This document shows, one piece after another, positions 56,439-62,973 of a DNA stretch of 64,000 nucleotides (the first letter of the stretch is position 1; every line of letters starts with the position of its first letter). A program made the translations under genes and the position numbers. Origin of the DNA: a virus; IMG/VR virus record IMGVR_UViG_3300045988_180190; one strand, 5' to 3'. The notes under the pieces are model-generated. The model searched no databases. It was not told the DNA's origin and worked only from the letters and a program-made list of their open reading frames with translations.

Positions 56439-56696
56439 CTATTTCTTTTGATCTGCTACATATTGCTCTGGGTCCACTACCCTCATATCCTTTAAAAACT
56501 CTACGTTAAAAAATGATTCATATCTACGGGTTGTGTCCGTATCTCTAAAATCAAATAAATCAAGAGTTCCTGTTAGTTTATTCTGTACAAGAACGGACAT
56601 TATTTTTCCTTCTTCGTTGCACAGCTCTACAAATGAGATATCCTTTGGAATATCTATTGTCTGCTTATCAATAGCTGATCTTAAACGAATAAGCAT
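56439..56696 (-). CDS. hypothetical protein
   Basis: 85-aa ORF, abutting the next gene. Confidence 0.45.
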   Translation of the reverse strand: MLIRLRSAIDKQTIDIPKDISFVELCNEEGKIMSVLVQNKLTGTLDLFDFRDTDTTRRYESFFNVEFLKDMRVVDPEQYVADQKK

Positions 56697-56699
56697 TTA

Positions 56700-57752
56700 T
56701 TATAACTTGGGGGCTTCTGGAAGATTGCCACCTTGCATTATACTAATAATAGTAGAATATTGCCCAGCTATCTGTGAATATTTACTTTGTAGATCAGTAA
56801 ATGCATTTCTGAGGTCGGTTATATCTTGACGCAAAGCGGCAATATCTTGCTCCTGCTTTTGCACCGTGGAACCAAATTCCTCAAGCATCGGGATTAGATC
56901 CCCCACTGGGTCTCCTTGTGGCGCTGGTGCTCCGCCAGCCATGGAAGGATCCATTGGGGGCATTCCTCCTGCCATAGCTGGATCCATAGGCGGCATTCCG
57001 CCTGCCATGGACGGGTCCATAGGTGGCATTCCACCTGCCATTGGAGGCATTCCTCCCGCCATAGATGGATCCATTGGCGGCATTCCGCCTTGTTGTGGAG
57101 GCATTCCTGCAGCTCCAGCTTTCTTCTCTGCGGGGACGAAAGCTCGTTTAGCAAATTCTAAGTATTCTTCAACTGTTGTAGGATTAGTTATATCTTTTGA
57201 CATATCTATAAAATTATTTAATTTATTTTTTAATATTAATCGTATACCTAAATTCTTCAAGTATTCATTTCCCTCAGTCAAGGATTTAAATAAAGATTGC
57301 GACTGAATATTATCTTCATGCGCTGTCCATACTGGATTTTTAAGTTTACCATATCCACTGGTTGATTCGTAATTTTTTATAGCCTCCGCTACCATTTTTT
57401 TAGCTATACCTTTACCCCTATATCCTTTAAGTAAAGCAACACTAATATATTCCCCAGGGATTCTCTCATATGAAGATAACTCTGGAACCTCTCTTCTTGG
57501 TGTGATACCAACGAACCCAATCACCTTATTTTTATACACCAAAGCATAGATCCTATCAAATGAGCCATTAAAATTTTCCAATAATAACCCATTCCACCAA
57601 TATTCTGGATGTTCCTTCTCTACGTCGTAAAAAAGCTTTCTTAAATCTAATTCAAGTTCATCCTCAGTTAAACCCACTCGATTCCTAGGTGAAGACGCCC
57701 CAAGGTGAAACCCGTAATTCTCTATATCTAAAGGCACTATTTTATTAATCAT
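56700..57752 (-). CDS. GNAT-family acetyltransferase fused to a Met/Pro-rich repeat and a C-terminal coiled coil
   Basis: 350 aa. GNAT motif A LLKGYRGKGIAKKMVAEAI. Residues ~213-277 are GGMPPMDPSMA-type repeats. C-terminal QDIAALRQDITDLRNAFTDLQSKY. Confidence 0.7.
   Translation of the reverse strand: MINKIVPLDIENYGFHLGASSPRNRVGLTEDELELDLRKLFYDVEKEHPEYWWNGLLLENFNGSFDRIYALVYKNKVIGFVGITPRREVPELSSYERIPGEYISVALLKGYRGKGIAKKMVAEAIKNYESTSGYGKLKNPVWTAHEDNIQSQSLFKSLTEGNEYLKNLGIRLILKNKLNNFIDMSKDITNPTTVEEYLEFAKRAFVPAEKKAGAAGMPPQQGGMPPMDPSMAGGMPPMAGGMPPMDPSMAGGMPPMDPAMAGGMPPMDPSMAGGAPAPQGDPVGDLIPMLEEFGSTVQKQEQDIAALRQDITDLRNAFTDLQSKYSQIAGQYSTIISIMQGGNLPEAPKL
56922..57116 (-). repeat. in-frame tandem repeat encoding (GGMPPM[DPSMA])n
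   Basis: Repeated ggcattcc(g/t/a)cc(t)gcc / atgga(t/c)ccat units are visible on the plus strand. The antisense ORFs in the track are artefacts of this repeat. Confidence 0.8.
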
Positions 57753-57762
57753 AAATCAATTG

Positions 57763-58590
57763 CTATCTCCTAATATTGTTTTTATACATATTCGCCCAAG
57801 GGTTACGTTCTTTAAGTTGACCCTTGTCATTAGGAATAGTTATTGGTGTAAAACCACTATCTGGTGTCACAATAGGATTATTAACATCAAATTCTCTATC
57901 TAGGTTTATTTGTGGTGCAGAAGGAGGTTGTTCTAGTTGTATTAAAGGTTTTCTATTCTGGCTGGTACTGGGAATTGGGGTGTTTGTTGGGGCTGTGCTA
58001 CTTCTAGAATTATTTGATGGTGTAAGCCCAAGATCTCGCTCTAGTGCATTAATTGTTGTAGTCCATCTTAAGGTAGGATTCTTTTTGGTCCTCATCCACT
58101 CCTGCTCTCTTCTCCAAACTGCAGAATCTCTAAGGTTGCGTATAATTCCGGCATAGTCTCCCTTTGCAAGTGACTCTCTAAACTTTGGCCAATTTGCAAG
58201 ATTTGCATTAAACCCTAGTGTTGCAAGTCGGTTTTGTGCACTTATGGGAAGCTTATTAAATCCTTTTAATTTACGTACACTTACATTATTCTTAAAATAC
58301 CAATCTTGTAATTGGCTTGATATATTCCTTGGTATATGTGCACCCACCTTTAGGTCACCAGTATACTTTAGTTTTTTACGTAGATACTCTTGAACCTCTG
58401 GGTATAATTTTACCCCTCCTGGTAAAGTTGGAATATCCTTATCGGCTAAATCTGCTGAGTCCATGTAAATTAAATCATTATTTTTTACCCCCCAGCCTTC
58501 AAACTTACGCAAATCATTTAATGATTGTGCGTAATCATACACTTTTGAAGATGTGGCAGCAAATTTTCTAAAGTTACTTATCTTTATCAT
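57763..58590 (-). CDS. NF-x-KFA-tagged lysozyme-like (GH24/T4-lambda lysozyme-type) protein
   Basis: 275 aa. N-terminus MIKISNFRKFAATS. LRKFEGWG...YMDSAD...PTLPGG fits the E..D..T catalytic pattern. LATLGFNANLANWPKFRESLAKGDYAGIIRNLRDSAVWRRE resembles the T4-lysozyme C-lobe. Confidence 0.5.
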   Translation of the reverse strand: MIKISNFRKFAATSSKVYDYAQSLNDLRKFEGWGVKNNDLIYMDSADLADKDIPTLPGGVKLYPEVQEYLRKKLKYTGDLKVGAHIPRNISSQLQDWYFKNNVSVRKLKGFNKLPISAQNRLATLGFNANLANWPKFRESLAKGDYAGIIRNLRDSAVWRREQEWMRTKKNPTLRWTTTINALERDLGLTPSNNSRSSTAPTNTPIPSTSQNRKPLIQLEQPPSAPQINLDREFDVNNPIVTPDSGFTPITIPNDKGQLKERNPWANMYKNNIRR

Positions 58591-59119
58591 TTTCTGTTTT
58601 AATCTTTATTGTACCTAAAGAATCTTTATTAAAAAGTAAACTCTCGTCAAAATCAAAATAAACTGATGTGGATTCTTCTTTTTTTATATTAAAGTAAACA
58701 GCAACCTTTTTTGCAATATTTCCATAGTTCTCCCTTACTATGTGTATTGACCCCTCTACTACATTACTTATTTTTGACCTTATTAAATCTTTAATTGCAG
58801 TATCGTCTTTATATACTTTCTGCAAATCTTGAATAAAGGTCTTGTCCTCGAGAATAGCTTTAGCCGTTATATTCTGCTCTGTTGAATCTACAGAATTCTC
58901 AGGATTATACACTTTTAATCCAGGTACAACCTTACAAAATATGCTATTCCAAATAAAAGTAAGTATGTATCTAGTTAATCTATATAAAGGTGTAGACTTT
59001 GATACACAAGGTAAGCTTATGTAAATTACACCTGCTACAAAGACTACAACAATTGCTATGCTAATTGCCATAGTAGAATCCGTAAAAAAATTAAAATCTG
59101 CAAGACTTTGTGTTTCCAT
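58574..59119 (-). CDS. membrane-anchored hypothetical protein
   Basis: 181 aa. N-terminal span MAISIAIVVVFVAGVIYISL. Confidence 0.55.
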   Translation of the reverse strand: METQSLADFNFFTDSTMAISIAIVVVFVAGVIYISLPCVSKSTPLYRLTRYILTFIWNSIFCKVVPGLKVYNPENSVDSTEQNITAKAILEDKTFIQDLQKVYKDDTAIKDLIRSKISNVVEGSIHIVRENYGNIAKKVAVYFNIKKEESTSVYFDFDESLLFNKDSLGTIKIKTENDKDK

Positions 59120-59207
59120 GGTGTAAAAGTCTTGCAGATTTTATAAATTAATCAATCCAAATGTTATACTATTTACATATCAACTAAGGTAAATATCCAT
59201 CTTTAAG

Positions 59208-60335
59208 TTAGGAATCTTTACCTGAATTATTATACCAATTTGAAATATTTTTACCAAATGACTTTAAAGGTTTCATCCAATCTGATAAAGTTCGAGAGGC
59301 AGCTTGAATACGCTTCTTAGCCGTATCTACTCCTGTCTCTACTGCTTTTCCGATAGGTTGTACAACTCTATTATCAAATTTCTCTCCTGGAGTTAAAACA
59401 GCAGCAGCGTGGGACCTCGCATCTCTAGGTGCTATGATATTTTTTCCAATTACATTCTTGCTATTTTTGGCATCATTTAGTCTATCCACAAAATTCGCAT
59501 TTGCCTGCATTTGGGAAGCCACGGCTTTACCTATTGTAGAACCCGTCATACCCGCTTTCTCCTTTATCTTATTAATTATTGATGGAGCCTTCCTCTTCAT
59601 CTCCTGCTTATAATTGCTTAAAGCAAGCCTGTACATTGCTGCTTCAGTAGTTAAGTTTTTGCGCTCAGTCGGGGATAAACTTGTGTCTTTCGCTCTACTG
59701 CTTAACTCTTTAATCTTAGCTTGGTAGCCTGCTACTGTGGAATTCCATTTGTCAGACTCAGCTTTCATAAGCTTGTTATATTTATCTTCCGCAGTATCTA
59801 TAGTTTTCTGCATCTCTGGATTAAGCACGGTGGATTTATCCATGCCTAATACTTTTGTAAGCATATTATATCTCTTGTTATAGGCATCATCAGAGGCACC
59901 AGTGAGCGGACTTGACCTATACGTGTTCAACTCCTCTGGAGATAAATTACGCGCTCCTTCTCTAAGAGAAGAAATATAATCAGCAAAATTTATTTTTTCT
60001 CTCTTCCCAGCGTCTATATGGTCTATGGATCTCTGTTCTGAAAGAGACAATGGAACTTGAGTTGTGCCTTTTGCAAGAAAATAAAGTTGGTTTAAAAACC
60101 CGTTACCTTGTAAATTTCCTTGTTTATCATATTTTAGAAGAGACCTCCATAAAGGATCACTCCAAGAATTATAACGATCAAAAATTCCTAAATACCTATC
60201 ACCTTTATTCCTCAAGCTGGGTATATTTTGCTTTGGATACAAAGAGTCGTAATCCTCCGCAAGCTCCGGAAAGTACTTGCGGAGGTAGTTATAATTTAAA
60301 GGTTCAGAATTACCCATATAATTTAGTTTATCCAA
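59208..60335 (-). CDS. hypothetical Lys-rich helical protein
   Basis: 375-aa ORF. 8-nt overlap with the upstream gene. Confidence 0.6.
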   Translation of the reverse strand: MDKLNYMGNSEPLNYNYLRKYFPELAEDYDSLYPKQNIPSLRNKGDRYLGIFDRYNSWSDPLWRSLLKYDKQGNLQGNGFLNQLYFLAKGTTQVPLSLSEQRSIDHIDAGKREKINFADYISSLREGARNLSPEELNTYRSSPLTGASDDAYNKRYNMLTKVLGMDKSTVLNPEMQKTIDTAEDKYNKLMKAESDKWNSTVAGYQAKIKELSSRAKDTSLSPTERKNLTTEAAMYRLALSNYKQEMKRKAPSIINKIKEKAGMTGSTIGKAVASQMQANANFVDRLNDAKNSKNVIGKNIIAPRDARSHAAAVLTPGEKFDNRVVQPIGKAVETGVDTAKKRIQAASRTLSDWMKPLKSFGKNISNWYNNSGKDS

Positions 60336-61279
60336 AATTTATTGGATTATCCTGTAAGTATTTAGCTAAAGCTCCAAGACCCAATCCTCCGATTCCTAAC
60401 CCTAAGGCTCCTTTCCAACCTCCGGCAAGTCCACCTATTCCAGATCCTAGGAGTGCCGGTATGGCATAATAAGATAATTCAGGGTTATCCTTAACAAATT
60501 TTTGAAGGTCTCCAATTGTCGAGCGTACAGTCCAGGGTGAATTTTTATCGGATAAACTACTCCCAGCATATCCCGCTAAACCTCCAGCTCCAAAACCACC
60601 AATGTAGGGCATTGCAGCTCTTACATAAGGATTTTTAACTTTAGATGCCGCACGTCCTATACCTTCAAGAACTTTGTTAGCTTTACCTGAAGATTTCGAT
60701 AATAATCTGCTTAATCTTTCATTTGGTTTACCATAAGCAGCGTAATATCTCTTTTTTAAACGTTCAGGATAATTTTCTGCAGTTTCCAAACGTTTTGCTT
60801 TAGCGTCTAACTCCTTATTTAAGATATTTAATGCTTTCTGACTTTCATCCACATATGCAGCATGTGTGGCTCTTTGGGCATCTAATTCTTTATTTACACG
60901 TCCCAAATTATTTTCTGCAGTTCCTAGGAGTTCGGTTTTAGCACCTAATTCTTTCTTTTAGCCTATTTAATTCTTTATTTGCACGCTCAAAATTATTTTG
61001 AGCAGCAGCCAACTCTTCTCTTGCCTTACGTAAAGCAGGACTTGTTCTCGGCTTAGTCGTAGTTGGCTTTTTAGATCGTAAGGGAGCTTTTTTATTTCTC
61101 ATTCTGTTTAATAATGCTGCGCCACCTATAGCCCCTGACATTCCACCTCCCACAACTAAAGATGTTAAAGGATCTATGGTTTCAGCACCATAATCAAAGG
61201 GATCTCCCTGTATGCCTGGTACTAAATTGGTTTCTGGAAGATTATCCGCAAATTTATTAAAATTAGAAGTGTTCATCAT
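60328..61279 (-). pseudogene. glycine-zipper paralog split by a +1 frame change (ORFs 60938..61279 and 60328..60906)
   Basis: The upstream ORF carries the tag MMNTSNFNKFA and a Gly-rich span. The downstream ORF has no ATG before residue 99 and carries the family C-terminus. Its frame is open from 60957, and the two frames overlap only across 60941-60957. Confidence 0.55.
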
Positions 61280-61339
61280 AATTAACTTATTATATTCAGT
61301 GTGCTAATTAACACAAATTTTTAAAAATCTGTCAATTGT
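61280..61339 (-). promoter_or_regulatory. conserved upstream block, copy 1 (TAATTA-centred imperfect palindrome)
   Basis: tattcagtgtgctaattaacacaaattttt. Palindrome tgtgctaattaacaca at 61300-61315. Confidence 0.45.
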
Positions 61340-62341
61340 TTATCCAAAATTTACTGGATTATCCTGTAAGTATTTAGCTAATGCACCGAGTCCCAATCCT
61401 CCTAATCCTAGTCCTAGTGCACCTTTCCATCCTCCGGCAAGCCCACCTATTCCAGATCCTAGGAGTGCCGGTGCAGCATAATAAGCTAATTCAGGATTTT
61501 CGTTAATAAATTTTTTAAGATTTTCAGCTGTTGTTCCAAGGAAATTTCCTGAGTCTTTAGCACCTAAAGCTTGGCTGCCAGCTGCGCCTAGTCCAAAACC
61601 CCCAATCCATGGCAGCGCTGCTTTCACATAAGGATTTTTAGCTTTAGATGCCGCACGTCCTATACCCTTAAATACTCTACTTGATGCACCGCCTAATCCT
61701 CTTTTAGCAGCAACTTCTTTAATGGTAGATGAAGAACCCGGTATGTTTCTTAATCCATTTATGCTTCTTCCTTGAGTTCTTGTTGAAAGATTTGCAGGTT
61801 CTGGGAGAGCCGTTAGTCTGGAAGAAGCATTTCCTTTACCAGGTCTTAAGCCTTCTTCCACAGGTAGTCCAAGAGCTTCTCTTAGTCTTGCTCTTTCCTT
61901 CGGGGATAGATTGCTAATCTTAGAGTATAAAGCGTTACCCATAAGACCTGCTGGGCTCCTATGGACTCCTTGGGTAGCTCCTGAATTTAATCTATCAAAA
62001 TACTCCTTACTTGATGCGCGGAATCTTTCTATAGCTTCTCGTTTTGCTTTTTCTCTAGCTTTTCTACTACGTATCCTAGCTAGTCTGGCATATGTTAAAC
62101 CTCCTGCGGCTCCCCCTATACCACCAACAACCTTTAGGCTATCACTTAGCGAACCATCCGAATCAGACTCTAAACTAGGGTCGTACGAAACAGCGGTGCC
62201 CTGTGTTGCAGAAGAAGGATCTGAAAAATTTTCTGCTTGCGCGGGATTTGCATTAGCTAAACCTGGAGACATTTTGTTCACAGCCTTTTGTTCTTGAGGA
62301 CCCAATCCTGCAAATTTATTAAAATTAGAAGTATTCATCAT
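61340..62341 (-). CDS. NF-x-KFA-tagged glycine-zipper protein (full-length paralog)
   Basis: 333 aa. MMNTSNFNKFAGLGPQ... C-terminus GSGIGGLAGGWKGALGLGLGGLGLGALAKYLQDNPVNFG. Confidence 0.7.
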   Translation of the reverse strand: MMNTSNFNKFAGLGPQEQKAVNKMSPGLANANPAQAENFSDPSSATQGTAVSYDPSLESDSDGSLSDSLKVVGGIGGAAGGLTYARLARIRSRKAREKAKREAIERFRASSKEYFDRLNSGATQGVHRSPAGLMGNALYSKISNLSPKERARLREALGLPVEEGLRPGKGNASSRLTALPEPANLSTRTQGRSINGLRNIPGSSSTIKEVAAKRGLGGASSRVFKGIGRAASKAKNPYVKAALPWIGGFGLGAAGSQALGAKDSGNFLGTTAENLKKFINENPELAYYAAPALLGSGIGGLAGGWKGALGLGLGGLGLGALAKYLQDNPVNFG

Positions 62342-62400
62342 AATTAAATTATTGTATTCAGTGTGCTAATTAACACAAATTTTTGAAAATATGTAAAGTA
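62342..62400 (-). promoter_or_regulatory. conserved upstream block, copy 2
   Basis: Nearly the same sequence as copy 1 (palindrome at 62362-62377), plus atgtaaagtatttatg, which is shared with copy 3. Confidence 0.45.
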
Positions 62401-62454
62401 TTTATGGAAAATTTAAATAAAAATAGTGCTGTTACATCACCATCGATATATACC

Positions 62455-62904
62455 TTATATCGGATTATCTTTTAAATATCTAGCTAATGCACCTAGGCCC
62501 AATCCTCCTAATCCTAGTCCAAGTGCACCTTTCTTACCCCAAGCATAACCACCTAATAAAGAACCCAAGAGTGTAGGTGCAATGTAGTAGGTTACCTCCG
62601 GGTTAGCATCCATGAATTGTTTAAGCTTTTTAGTCGTTGACTGATATACATTATCTGGAGTTCTTTGTGCATCAATATATTCTCCCAAGCCATAGAGCCC
62701 TATACCCCCTATTAGAGGCACTTGCTGTCTTCTTAAAGCTTTTCCTTTAGATACTGCGGAGGCAAGTAAAGCACCTCCTACTGTTCCACCACCTACAGCC
62801 TTAAGTAGAAGTGGTAAGCTCTCGTCACCTGCTTGCTGCAGCTCAGAACTCCGAGAATCAGGACCCGATCCCGCAAATTTATTAAAATTAGAAGTGTTTA
62901 TCAT
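62455..62904 (-). CDS. NF-x-KFA-tagged glycine-zipper protein (short paralog)
   Basis: 149 aa. MINTSNFNKFAGSGPD... C-terminus GALGLGLGGLGLGALARYLKDNPI. Confidence 0.7.
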   Translation of the reverse strand: MINTSNFNKFAGSGPDSRSSELQQAGDESLPLLLKAVGGGTVGGALLASAVSKGKALRRQQVPLIGGIGLYGLGEYIDAQRTPDNVYQSTTKKLKQFMDANPEVTYYIAPTLLGSLLGGYAWGKKGALGLGLGGLGLGALARYLKDNPI

Positions 62905-62970
62905 AGTTAAATTATTGCATTTGGTAGGTTAATTAACTCAGATTTTTGCAAGTATGTAAAGTATTTATGA
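62905..62970 (-). promoter_or_regulatory. conserved upstream block, copy 3 (diverged)
   Basis: ggttaattaac palindrome, gatttttgcaagtatgtaaagtatttatg. Confidence 0.4.
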
Positions 62971-62973
62971 CAT

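Noticed and set aside
53552-59119. Calling a holin among the small membrane proteins (53552..54055, 54705..54911, 58574..59119).
   Set aside because: Each has only one hydrophobic span and no holin family motif that I can recognise. The evidence is insufficient for a functional call.
132-62297. Many plus-strand ORFs in the track (for example 132..329, 804..1064, 1125..1406, 1773..2150, 3180..3518, 36783..37235, 41635..42003, 56866..57306, 61911..62297).
   Set aside because: All lie antisense inside longer, motif-bearing minus-strand ORFs. Several merely mirror low-complexity or repeat regions, for example Gly-rich antisense of the Pro-rich segment and the MPP repeat. The only plus-strand gene with real motifs is tnpB.
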